From a plasmid, in sequence record CP127617.1: 20,718 nucleotides of DNA. One strand, 5' to 3'. Shown here one piece after another: positions 6,909 to 17,135 of the stretch; the first letter of the stretch is position 1; each line of letters starts with the position of its first letter. The translations under genes were made by a program, and so were the position numbers. Below the pieces are notes generated by a model. The model was not told the DNA's origin. It did not search any database and saw only the letters and a program-made list of their open reading frames with translations.

Positions 6909-8344
6909 TACGATATCTCTTTAATTTTTTGACGTTTTTAGTCGTTTCTTGAGGTGAATAACCACAATTTTTTTCTTCCTTAATTAATTCCGTGGTACTT
7001 GGACTAGCAATATTTTGTTTTAAGTGTTTTCTTCTCTGACTACGAGCGTGCTGTATGTCTTTTATATCTATGGAGTAATCAGCTATTTCTGGACATATAG
7101 CAGTACAAAGAAATTCATCTCTATAAAACACACGTATTTCAGCCATATCATTTGGGTTATAACGAATCAGTACATATTCACCTACATAAGCTTCTAGATT
7201 AGTATTACTGTATCGAAAACCTTGAAAATGAATGCCATCTGAATGAACTTTTCTAGATTTAGGTATTTCCAACAATAATAAATCAAGTTGTTCTAAGCTA
7301 CTTGGCATATTAGGGAAAAAGTGATTACTATTCCAATGACTGATAGGCGTGGTATGAATAGTACTATGTTCTTTTTGATTATAATCTTCAATTAAAAAGT
7401 AACGTAATTTTTCTTCAAAATTGTGAAAATTTATTAGATTACTAGGAGTATCATTATTGTTTATATATCCAGGCAGTTGTTCTAAGAAAGTTTGATTAAC
7501 TGTCTGAAAGAATCGTTCTATTTTTCCACGACCACGAGGAACACCAACTTTCGAAAACATCAAGTTAATTTTCAAATCAATAGCGACTTGTTCCATATGA
7601 TGTGAAGTAAAGTCACTTCCATGATCTGTGTAGAATTTTTCGGGTATACCACACACTGGCCAATTGGTATCATTTTTATTCCATATTGCTTGGTGTAGTG
7701 TTAATGCTGTGTTTTGAGCATTGGGGGGCATCAAAACTTAAGAAATAGCCTGCAATTGCACGACTATAGTCATCCATAATAATAGTTAGCCATGGTCTAT
7801 TGATATTACCTTTTTGGTCTAATATAAAGATATCTAGCAAAGTATGGTCTGCTTGCCATATTTCATTGGGTCTCGAGGATTCTCTAATTTGTATTAAATC
7901 GTACTTATTTTGATAGTATTTTTCACCCTGATGAGAGAAATCAATAACAGACTTAGGCATCGCTTTAATAACACTATAAATTTGTTTATAACTTGGTATA
8001 TCAAAATTATTTTCTTTACAGTAATTAGTGATTTTCCTATGAATTGTGGCTATACTATTTCTTTTATTCATAAGCGCAAGGCGTTCAATTTCATCAATTA
8101 TCTTTGGTTCTATTTTACGTGTTCCTTTATCAGCTCTTGTCGCATAGATTAGTCCTTTAAGTCCTTGTTCTTTATATGACTTATTCCACCTATAAAGGGT
8201 GCTTAACGCAATCCCTTTACTTTTAGAAATACTTGATAAAGATTGTTCGCCTAGGATAAAAGGTTTTATAATATTGTACTTTTGAGTAGCTTTTTTACGT
8301 TTGGCTTCAGAAAAATTAGTTAGATACTTCTCCTTGTTTTTCAT
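6901..8344 (-). CDS. Tn552 transposase p480 (DDE, Mu/IS21-like), interrupted by a 1-bp frameshift in a C6/G6 homopolymer at 7723-7728
   Basis: The N-terminal part runs from MKNKEKYLTNF.. to ..SFDAP. The C-terminal part (NAQNTALTLHQAIW..DHGSDFTS..) continues in the +1 frame. Combined length is about 480 aa. SFDAP|NAQN is restored by removing one C. Confidence 0.8.
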
Positions 8345-8909
8345 CTTCCTTGTCCTCCAATTTATTGAGGTAACGATAAATTGTTGTACGTGAAACATGC
8401 CACTGTTCTGCAATTGTCTTAATTGGCGTGCCATTATCATAAAGGGTCTTAAGTAAGTTTAAATCTTTTTGATTTAATTTTTCTGGTCTGCCTCCATATC
8501 GGCCTCTAGCACGTGCTGCAATTCGGCCAGCTGAAGAACGCTCTAAAATTAAATTACGTTCAAATTCTGCAAATGCTGCGAATAAATGAAATAATAATTG
8601 TCCAGTTGAACTTGATTTATCCATTGTTATATTTTCTTCTAAACTATGGAAACTTACACCTCGTTCGTTAAGCTCATTAACTAATGTGATTAAATCCTCC
8701 ATATTACGTCCCAATCTATCTAATCTCCAAACAACAATCGTATCTCCTGACCTCGCAAATTCAATTGCTTTATCTAAACCAGGTCTTTTACTTTTTGAAC
8801 CACTCATATGGTCATTAAATATCTTTTCACAACCATATGTATTTAATCGATCCTCCTGTAAATTTAAATTTTGTAATCCAGTTGAAACTCTTGCATAACC
8901 TATTTTCAA
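8316..8909 (-). CDS. binL: Serine recombinase (resolvase/invertase) BinL/Bin3 of Tn552
   Basis: MKIGYARVSTGLQNLNLQ.. has the catalytic Ser in the YARVS motif. C-terminal HTH TIAEQWHVSRTTIYRYL. The 3' end overlaps the p480 start. Confidence 0.85.
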   Translation of the reverse strand: MKIGYARVSTGLQNLNLQEDRLNTYGCEKIFNDHMSGSKSKRPGLDKAIEFARSGDTIVVWRLDRLGRNMEDLITLVNELNERGVSFHSLEENITMDKSSSTGQLLFHLFAAFAEFERNLILERSSAGRIAARARGRYGGRPEKLNQKDLNLLKTLYDNGTPIKTIAEQWHVSRTTIYRYLNKLEDKEDEKQGEVSN

Positions 8910-9039
8910 AATACAAACCTCCTATATACATCTTCAGTGTACCATAACTTAATTACAAGGTCTTTTATGAACATAGATTTTTTGTTGGGTTTTTGAACAC
9001 ATAATCCTATGTAATTCTTACTTATTTAGACATAAAAGA

Positions 9040-9075
9040 AGAGTGTACAGAAAATGGTTATTTTCTGTACACTCT
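9040..9075. repeat. Perfect 16-bp inverted repeat AGAGTGTACAGAAAAT-ggtt-ATTTTCTGTACACTCT. Candidate binL res crossover site and/or blaI-operon terminator.
   Basis: Direct reading. It lies upstream of binL and 3' of blaI. TGT..ACA-ended dyads of ~28-36 bp are typical of serine-resolvase site I. Confidence 0.5.
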
Positions 9076-9172
9076 CATCTTTAATAATATATTTTAAATG
9101 TCATTAACAAAACTAATTTAATAAGAGTCAAGCATAGTTTACATATGTATTATGTTTGAAACATACCTCTAA

Positions 9173-9553
9173 TTACTTTTTACTAATATCATTTAAAATA
9201 TCTCGCAATTCTTCAATTTCTTTGTTATTTAATTCTTCATTTTTCGCAAAATTCAACACTAAACTTTTCATATCCCCTCCATACAGTTTATTAAGAAAGG
9301 TTTTAGCAGTTTTCATTTTAATATCGTCTTCTTTAATATTTGATGAGTAAAAATAAATATTTTCTGATTTGTATCGTTTTATAATCTCTTTTTTATATAG
9401 TCTTGTGATTAATGTTCTAATCGTTTTATCACTAACTTCTTTATATTTTTGAATTTCAACTACAATTTCATTAGCTGATACTGATTTTTTATCCCATATT
9501 ATATTCATAACATCCCATTCAGCCATAGATATTTCAACTTGCTTATTGGCCAT
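9173..9553 (-). CDS. blaI: Beta-lactamase repressor BlaI
   Basis: 126 aa. [55 protein letters not shown] is a winged helix. It overlaps the blaR1 end. Confidence 0.95.
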   Translation of the reverse strand: MANKQVEISMAEWDVMNIIWDKKSVSANEIVVEIQKYKEVSDKTIRTLITRLYKKEIIKRYKSENIYFYSSNIKEDDIKMKTAKTFLNKLYGGDMKSLVLNFAKNEELNNKEIEELRDILNDISKK

Positions 9554-11300
9554 TTAAAACACCCATTCCTTTTAATATTTTTTCACTTATTAATTCAGCA
9601 TTTTTCCCAGACGGGTTTCCATCTGATAAATGTGTAGCAAAATAATACTTATCATGATTTGTAATTACGTAACCTACAAACCACCCATTATTATACTTCC
9701 CGTTTACTATACCTGTACCTGTTTTCCCATACAGTTCATACTTTTCATTTTTCTTAATCAATAATGAAGAAGATAATTGATTCTTTGCTTTTTTACTAAA
9801 ATGGTTATTTTGTTCCATCATATTTTTAAAAACTATTACTTGTTCAAGATTAGATATTTTCAAACTATCTTCCATCCAATAGCTTTTATAACTTCCCAAA
9901 TTTTCATTACCATAATTTAATTGCTTGAGTTGAGCCGCAGTATAGTTCTTTGGTATTTGATTACTAATACGTTCGAAGTACCAATTAACTGAATTTTGCA
10001 TTGCTGTATTTAAATCTTGTTCCTTATTCCAAGACTCGAAAAGATAATGTTTATGATTCCATGACATACGTGAATTTTTATCACTTATAATATGACGGTC
10101 AAGTCCAAACAGTGCTAAATAAATTTTGTAAGTTGAATCAGGAGAATATCTTTTTCTACTTTCTTTTTCATTATAAATATAGTATTTGTCTTTCTTCATG
10201 CTGTACATAACGAAAGATCCACTATTTGAACCAAAATTTTTACTTTCATCTAAAATTTGGTAATCGCTTTGTAAGGGCTTTTTATAATTATAATCAGTTA
10301 AGGATTGCCCCATTAAAAACTGGCTTTGAATTATCATGATAAAAAAAGTAAAAATACAAATAAAAATTAGAATTAATTTTGACTGCTTTTTCAGATCGGC
10401 TTCTTTTATATTAATTAATCTATTTTTGAGTAATGATTTTTTACCATTAAATGAATGGCTTAATATATTTTTGTTGAAAAATGAGGTTTTTAATACGGAG
10501 TCCATAATAGATTCCGCATAAGTTTTAAATTCATTTTTGTTAATATTATTAAGGACAAATCTATCGGCTTCTACTTCATTGTCATGAATTATCTTTCTTT
10601 TTACAATATGTACTAATGGATTGTAACTCATAATAATAGAGAAGATATTAAAGATAATTAAATGTAAAGTATCTCTATTTTTAGCATGAGCATATTCATG
10701 CAGTATTATATATTTTAGTCTTTTATCAATTACACTTTTAAAATATGAACTAGGAATCAAAATAATATATTTCCCATACCAAAAAGTTATTGGAGATTGA
10801 ATAGCCTCTGCTTTTCGAATCACAATATTTTTTTTATATTGATGGTTGAAAAGTATCGTATCTATTTTATTTTTTTCATTTTCGTTTAGATAAAGTGACT
10901 GTTTCTTTAAATATTTAAGATATAATAAGGCTTTCAAAAATTTAAAACTTAAAATAATAACTAAAACTATCCAAATAACTGTGCAGATATTATCAATTGA
11001 ATCCCAATTAAACTTATGGATATCTGTTGCGAACTCTTGAACAGGTTTGGTGGTAATTATGTTATGGTTCAAGTCGTGTGACTTACTTTCAACTGTGGGC
11101 GCTTGATTATTCACATTATTAAATTTTATAAAAGAGAATTTAATTGGGATAAAAGGAATTAATCCAGCAAGCACAGTTAGATACCAAACTTTATAATTTA
11201 AACTATAATTAAAATAGCGTTTTAATATGTACCTAAAAAATACTAACAATAGAAATATAAAACAAAAGCTTACTACACTCATTATTAGTAATTTAGCCAT
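9543..11300 (-). CDS. blaR1: Beta-lactam sensor/signal transducer BlaR1 (start at MAKLLIMS; SD GAAGGTG)
   Basis: N-terminal TM region. HEYAH zinc-protease motif ([12 protein letters not shown]). C-terminal penicillin-binding sensor domain with a KTGTG motif. Confidence 0.95.
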   Translation of the reverse strand: MAKLLIMSVVSFCFIFLLLVFFRYILKRYFNYSLNYKVWYLTVLAGLIPFIPIKFSFIKFNNVNNQAPTVESKSHDLNHNIITTKPVQEFATDIHKFNWDSIDNICTVIWIVLVIILSFKFLKALLYLKYLKKQSLYLNENEKNKIDTILFNHQYKKNIVIRKAEAIQSPITFWYGKYIILIPSSYFKSVIDKRLKYIILHEYAHAKNRDTLHLIIFNIFSIIMSYNPLVHIVKRKIIHDNEVEADRFVLNNINKNEFKTYAESIMDSVLKTSFFNKNILSHSFNGKKSLLKNRLINIKEADLKKQSKLILIFICIFTFFIMIIQSQFLMGQSLTDYNYKKPLQSDYQILDESKNFGSNSGSFVMYSMKKDKYYIYNEKESRKRYSPDSTYKIYLALFGLDRHIISDKNSRMSWNHKHYLFESWNKEQDLNTAMQNSVNWYFERISNQIPKNYTAAQLKQLNYGNENLGSYKSYWMEDSLKISNLEQVIVFKNMMEQNNHFSKKAKNQLSSSLLIKKNEKYELYGKTGTGIVNGKYNNGWFVGYVITNHDKYYFATHLSDGNPSGKNAELISEKILKGMGVLNGQ

Positions 11301-11331
11301 TTTGACACCTTCTTTCAAATATTTATAATAA

Positions 11332-12252
<921 letters not shown>

Positions 12253-12430
12253 TATTCTAAATGCATAATAAATACTGATAACATCTTATAGTTTGTATTA
12301 TATTTTCTATTATCGTTGACATGTATAATTTTGATATCAAAACCTGATTTTCCCTTTATTATTTTCGAGATTTATTTTCTTAATTCTCTTTAACAAACTA
12401 GAAATATTGTATATACAAAAAATCATAAAT

Positions 12431-12597
12431 AATAGATGAATAGTTTAATTATAGGTGTTCATCAATCGAAAAAGCAACGTATCTTATTTAAAGTGCGTTG
12501 CTTTTTTCTCATTTATAAGGTTAAATAATTCTCATATATCAAGCAAAGTGACATAATTGTTGAATTTATAGTAACTGAAACGTATGATTAGGGTGTA
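12431..12597. repeat. Tn552-like right terminal inverted repeat
   Basis: Reverse complement of the 5980-6125 repeat. It ends 24 bp before the sin start codon. Confidence 0.75.
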
Positions 12598-12620
12598 TAT
12601 TAATTATGAGATGGAAATCA

Positions 12621-13229
12621 ATGATTGTTGGCTATGCGAGAGTATCATCGAACGATCAAAATTTAGAAAGACAACTTGAAAATTTAAAGACGTTTTGTGC
12701 TGAAAAAATATTTACAGAAAAACAGTCTGGGAAATCTATTGAAAATAGACCAGTACTTCAAGAAGCACTTAACTTTTTGAGGATGGGAGATCGGTTTGTA
12801 GTAGAATCCATTGATTGTTTAGGTCGTAATTATGATGAAGTGATTCATACCGTTAATTATTTAAAAGACAAAGAAGTACAATTAATGATTACTAGCTTAC
12901 CTATGATGAATGAAGTGGTTGGCAATCCATTACTGGATAAGTTTATGAAAGATTTAATTATTCAAATATTAGCAATGGTTTCAGAACAAGAGAGAAATGA
13001 AAGTAAACGTCGACAAGCGCAAGGAATTCAAGTTGCGAAGGAAAAAGGCGTATATAAAGGGCGCCCCTTACTTTATTCACCAAATGCTAAAGATCCACAG
13101 AAACGTATTATTTATCATCGCGTTGTAGAAATGTTAGAAGAAGGCCAATCAATTAGTAAAATTGCGAAAGAAGTAAATATAACAAGGCAGACGATTTACA
13201 GAATTAAAAACGATAATGATTTGATTTAA
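12621..13229 (+). CDS. sin: Sin serine recombinase (plasmid multimer resolvase)
   Basis: [23 protein letters not shown].. with a C-terminal HTH. Closely matches staphylococcal plasmid Sin. The upstream in-frame extension MRWKS is probably not translated. Confidence 0.85.
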   Translation: MIVGYARVSSNDQNLERQLENLKTFCAEKIFTEKQSGKSIENRPVLQEALNFLRMGDRFVVESIDCLGRNYDEVIHTVNYLKDKEVQLMITSLPMMNEVVGNPLLDKFMKDLIIQILAMVSEQERNESKRRQAQGIQVAKEKGVYKGRPLLYSPNAKDPQKRIIYHRVVEMLEEGQSISKIAKEVNITRQTIYRIKNDNDLI

Positions 13230-13321
13230 TAAACTTTGTTTCAATGCAACTGAGAGCTTCTCACAGCGTCTCAAAACAGATGATTATAATCTATTATGAG
13301 TTTTTAATAATAAGACAAGAA

Positions 13322-13352
13322 AAGAGAGCGTAAATATGCTCTCTCTTTTTCT
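13322..13352 (+). terminator. Intrinsic terminator AGAGAGC-gtaaatat-GCTCTCT followed by a T5 run
   Basis: Direct reading, 3' of sin. Confidence 0.7.
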
Positions 13353-13642
13353 CATTAACGAATGTTTATAACGCAATCATGATGAGAGTATTAATACAGT
13401 TAATTATTTGAAATACTTTAGTTTATATAATGTTGAATTATAGGTAGTGAAATTGTATTTATTATACATTGTCATATCGTTGTTTAATGATAGTTAATTT
13501 AAGGATAATAGAATTAATATTATATATAGATGAACAAAACAAGCAACAGAGCAGAAAAAACACTTTTAGATTATTTTTACTCATTCTCTATTTTATTTAT
13601 TTTTGCTATAATAAATAAAGAATATTAAATGGAGGTGTTTTT

Positions 13643-13936
13643 ATGAAAAAGAAATTTGTTTCTAGTTGTATTGCTAGTACAATCTTATTCGGCACTTTAT
13701 TAGGTGTAACTTATAAAGCTGAAGCTGCAACAGTACATGTAGCTGGTGGTGTTTGGAGCCATGGTATTGGAAAACATTACGTATGGTCTTATTATAGTCA
13801 CAATAAAAGAAATCATGGTTCAACAGCAGTAGGGAAATATTCATCTTTTAGTGGTGTTGCTCGACCTGGTGTTCAATCTAAGGCATCTGCTCCAAAGGCT
13901 TGGGGTGGAAACAAAACATTTTATAGTCTTCACTAA
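13643..13936 (+). CDS. Lactococcin 972-family bacteriocin precursor (Sec signal peptide plus ~70-aa mature peptide)
   Basis: Signal peptide MKKKFVSSCIASTILFGTLLGVTYKAEA. The mature part GGVWSHGIGKHYVWSYYSHNKRNHGSTAVG..NKTFYSLH follows the Lcn972 pattern (W-HG-G, aromatic-rich, HxH). -10 TATAAT at 13604-13609, SD GGAGGTG. Confidence 0.8.
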   Translation: MKKKFVSSCIASTILFGTLLGVTYKAEAATVHVAGGVWSHGIGKHYVWSYYSHNKRNHGSTAVGKYSSFSGVARPGVQSKASAPKAWGGNKTFYSLH

Positions 13937-13954
13937 TTACATATATTAATTAAG

Positions 13955-13997
13955 GAGAATAGACAGAATTAAGTAAACTTAATTCTGTCTATTCTCT
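13955..13997 (+). promoter_or_regulatory. 19-bp perfect stem-loop (GAGAATAGACAGAATTAAG-taaac-CTTAATTCTGTCTATTCTC) between the bacteriocin gene and the downstream genes. Partial terminator/attenuator.
   Basis: Direct reading. There is no strong T-run after it, so read-through is likely. Confidence 0.5.
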
Positions 13998-14010
13998 TGA
14001 AAGAGGCAAT

Positions 14011-15945
14011 ATGAAAAAATTCAAATTATTTTTAGATTTTAGTACTTTATTATTAATTTCAGGGCTATTATTTTTATTTTTCTTCAAAGAAAATGAAGAA
14101 ATTATACCTGAAAGTTCCAATATTTTAACAATCTCTAATTGGGATAAATCTAACAGTAAATCAAAAGTGTTAGATGTCATTGAATCAGGCGCCAAAAATC
14201 AAAATATACAAATAATTAAATCCGTTAAAGATTTTGATAATAAAAAAGAATTTTTTGTTTTCAACTCAAAACGAAATAATTCTGACTTTATACGTAATAA
14301 AACATCACTTTTAACTCCATCAGATTTATTAAACAGAGAGATAAAAGGAAAGTATTATATTATTGGTGAACATTTCAATGTAGAAGAGCTTACGAGTGAA
14401 TTAAAAAAAGCTGGTTTAACATCTGAAGTTGAATACATAAATAGAAACATATTATTTTTTGAATTAGTCATAGATAATGATTTATTAGTGCCTTTCATAT
14501 TCTTAGGCGTATTATATCTTTTGTACTTCTTATATGACAGAGGATATAATTTGAAATTTTATGCTATTCAAAAGCTACATGGCTTTTCAACTACACGCAT
14601 TATTTTTCATAATATTCATATAAAAATCATTTATTGGCTAGTACTTACCGCTATTTTCTTTATTGCTAATATATTAATCATTCATATAGCCAATTTAGAA
14701 TTGGATTTCTTAATGTTTATTCGTAGATTTATCGTGTTGCTTTTTGTTTTTGCTTGTATTACTACATTGCTGTGGCTGATTTCGTATAGTCTTCTTTTGA
14801 AGTTAAGTATTCCATTAATCTTAAAAGGGAAAAAAGGATATAAGTTTTCAATATTTATGGGTACCTTCACCAAATGTATCATGGTGCTAATACTATCTTT
14901 TTTACTGGCACAAAATTTAAATGCTTATACGAAGTTAAAGAATATATATGACTCTGAAAAAATCTGGCAAAAGTTAGATAATTACTATACATTAGAGATT
15001 TCTCCTAATATTAGAAATTCAGAAGAAAAACAAATTTTAGAAACTAATATATACAATTTAATTAAGAAAAGCGAACAACTTGGTGGATTGCTTTTAAAGA
15101 ATAATAATATAGCCAATCCCGATAAAAACAATTACATTCCTGAAAATGGCAATGTCTTTTTTATCAATAACAATTTTCTGAATTTCTATAAAAATATAAA
15201 TCATGATTTTAAAATGATTGACAATCATTCGGATAAAATAAACGTGTTTATTCCTCCAAGGTTACAATATCAAAAATCTGAAATTCAAAAAAATCACCAA
15301 GGATGGATTGACTTTCAAAAGCAACAAAACAAAAAAGTAGATGTGCAAGTACTGTCAAAAAACGTATCTGTTTTTTCTTTTGATCGCACAACTAATTTGA
15401 AATTTGGGTATCTAGATTCTCCAATAGTAATGTTGTTGACACTTGACGATTTAACAGGAGATTTTTATTTAGCTGCTGTTTCTCAAGGTGGATATCTATT
15501 TAAAGATTTAGATACACTTAAACAGTTGCTTAAAGATAATCACCTAGAAGAAGAAATTAGCGGTATAACTAATTACAAGGATTCTGTGTTAAATGAATTA
15601 AATGAAACGAAAACAAAAATGATAATAACAATAGTTACTATTATTATTAACGTTTTCATTCTTTTGATAGCTACTGTATTTGAAACAATTCAATATTTTA
15701 GCTGGAATAAAAAGCAACTATTATTAAGAAAAATTCATGGTTATTCATTATTCAGCAGTAATGTACGTTATTTAACAATTTCTATCTTACTTTCTATTAT
15801 GTTAGCTTACACTACGCATATTTTATTTGGTTCAAAGATATTACTATTCATAATAATGTCTATTGCTATTATTCAACATTTACTTCAAATTGCTTATATT
15901 AAATATCTTGAAAAATACTTTAAAGATTTAATGAGGGAGATTTAA
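14011..15945 (+). CDS. Bacteriocin-associated integral membrane protein (DUF1430 / FtsX-like permease), putative Lcn972 immunity-export component
   Basis: 644 aa. N-terminal TM, a large extracytoplasmic region, then two C-terminal clusters of hydrophobic helices. Matches the gene 2 position of Lcn972 operons. Confidence 0.75.
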   Translation: MKKFKLFLDFSTLLLISGLLFLFFFKENEEIIPESSNILTISNWDKSNSKSKVLDVIESGAKNQNIQIIKSVKDFDNKKEFFVFNSKRNNSDFIRNKTSLLTPSDLLNREIKGKYYIIGEHFNVEELTSELKKAGLTSEVEYINRNILFFELVIDNDLLVPFIFLGVLYLLYFLYDRGYNLKFYAIQKLHGFSTTRIIFHNIHIKIIYWLVLTAIFFIANILIIHIANLELDFLMFIRRFIVLLFVFACITTLLWLISYSLLLKLSIPLILKGKKGYKFSIFMGTFTKCIMVLILSFLLAQNLNAYTKLKNIYDSEKIWQKLDNYYTLEISPNIRNSEEKQILETNIYNLIKKSEQLGGLLLKNNNIANPDKNNYIPENGNVFFINNNFLNFYKNINHDFKMIDNHSDKINVFIPPRLQYQKSEIQKNHQGWIDFQKQQNKKVDVQVLSKNVSVFSFDRTTNLKFGYLDSPIVMLLTLDDLTGDFYLAAVSQGGYLFKDLDTLKQLLKDNHLEEEISGITNYKDSVLNELNETKTKMIITIVTIIINVFILLIATVFETIQYFSWNKKQLLLRKIHGYSLFSSNVRYLTISILLSIMLAYTTHILFGSKILLFIIMSIAIIQHLLQIAYIKYLEKYFKDLMREI

Positions 15946-15948
15946 ACA

Positions 15949-16260
15949 ATGAAAAGAACTTTAATTATTGTAACAATTGTACTATTAATCATCATACTTA
16001 GTCTGTTATTGGTTAGAAATGAGCATTTAGATCGTTTTAACCCACTGTTAAAAGAAAAAGTATCTTATGCCAAAGTTCCAAAAGATACCCAGGACTATAG
16101 AAATATAACTGTATACTCTAAAAATGGAGAAAAAAAGAGTTATAAATTGGATTTTTTAGGTTATGATCCTACAAAAGAATATGTGAAAGTAAATCATAAA
16201 GGGAAATATGTGCGTTCGATAGAATACATTACAAAAGATATTCCTAGCTTTTTAAAATGA
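15949..16260 (+). CDS. Small membrane-anchored protein (YxeA/DUF1093-like), 103 aa
   Basis: N-terminal TM LIIVTIVLLIIILSLLLV, then a beta-rich soluble part. Its start is 4 nt after the upstream stop, suggesting translational coupling. Confidence 0.5.
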   Translation: MKRTLIIVTIVLLIIILSLLLVRNEHLDRFNPLLKEKVSYAKVPKDTQDYRNITVYSKNGEKKSYKLDFLGYDPTKEYVKVNHKGKYVRSIEYITKDIPSFLK

Positions 16261-16271
16261 GGTGACCGATA

Positions 16272-16898
16272 GTGATAAAACTTGAAAATGTTTTTGTAAA
16301 AAAAGGTAATAAAAACATTTTAGACGGATGTAACTTTAATTTTGAAAAAGGAAAATCATATGCTTTAGTTGGAGAAAGTGGCGCTGGAAAATCTACTTTA
16401 CTTAACATAATCGCTGGGTTCGAAGATGTATCACAAGGAAGCATATATATTGAAGATAAGTTACTAAAAAAGAAAGTCGATTTTTATAGATATACGTTAG
16501 GGTATTTGTTTCAAAATTTTGCTTTACTTGAAAATCAAACAATCAGTCAAAATTTAGATTTAGCCCTAAAGTTCAAAAAGAATAAAAAAGATAATATGAA
16601 CTTAAAGAAAGAAGTATTAAAAAAGGTCGGCCTAGATTTAGATATCAAGAGAATTGTTAGTTCTCTAAGCGGTGGTGAACAACAAAGAGTAGCATTGGCA
16701 AGATTAATATTAAAAGATCCGAAAATCATTTTAGCTGATGAACCTACTGGGTCACTAGATACGAAAAATGGAAAAATAGTTATTGATTTATTATTGAAGC
16801 TACTTGATGAAAATAAAACTATGATTGTCGTAACGCATGATTTAGAGCTTGCGAAACGATTTGATGTCATAGTCAATATTTCTGAGCTTAGAAGTTAA
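16272..16898 (+). CDS. ABC transporter ATP-binding protein (bacteriocin immunity/export), GTG start
   Basis: Walker A GESGAGKST, Q-loop, ABC signature LSGGEQQRV, Walker B ILADEPTGSLD, H-loop VTHD. Confidence 0.85.
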   Translation: MIKLENVFVKKGNKNILDGCNFNFEKGKSYALVGESGAGKSTLLNIIAGFEDVSQGSIYIEDKLLKKKVDFYRYTLGYLFQNFALLENQTISQNLDLALKFKKNKKDNMNLKKEVLKKVGLDLDIKRIVSSLSGGEQQRVALARLILKDPKIILADEPTGSLDTKNGKIVIDLLLKLLDENKTMIVVTHDLELAKRFDVIVNISELRS

Positions 16899-16978
16899 GA
16901 AATATTGATAGGTATAGCCATACATAGAGAAAAAACAATATGAAATATGATTAGTCATTACTTTTGAGTTTTTTAATT

Positions 16979-17007
16979 TAAGGACTGGATTTTCCAGTCC
17001 TTTTTTA
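16979..17007 (+). terminator. Intrinsic terminator AGGACTGG-attt-TCCAGTCCT with T6
   Basis: Direct reading, 3' of the ABC ATPase gene. Confidence 0.7.
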
Positions 17008-17135
17008 TGATGACAAAAAACAAGCCTCGCAGAGCACACGTTTTTAATGACTTATTTGGTTTTTAATAAGTCTAGTATGTTAAAACTTTTCTGTGTTTAG
17101 GTGTTATAATCATATGCAGTGGAAGTTGATTTATT

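Noticed and set aside
7910-8898. ORFs 7910-8152 (+) and 8686-8898 (+)
   Set aside because: Antisense to the Tn552 p480 and binL genes.
9156-9350. ORF 9156-9350 (+)
   Set aside because: Antisense to blaI.
10336-10521. ORF 10336-10521 (+)
   Set aside because: Antisense to blaR1.
12253-12430. TTGACAtgTATAAT-like sequence at 12317-12330 between blaZ and the right inverted repeat
   Set aside because: The -35 and -10 elements are only 2 nt apart, so it is not a functional sigma-A promoter.
13989-14882. ORFs 13989-14195 (-) and 14682-14882 (-)
   Set aside because: Antisense to the 644-aa bacteriocin-associated membrane protein gene.
16244-17039. ORFs 16244-16444 (-), 16547-16876 (-), 16842-17039 (-)
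   Set aside because: Antisense to the ABC ATPase gene, or spanning its terminator. No RBS.
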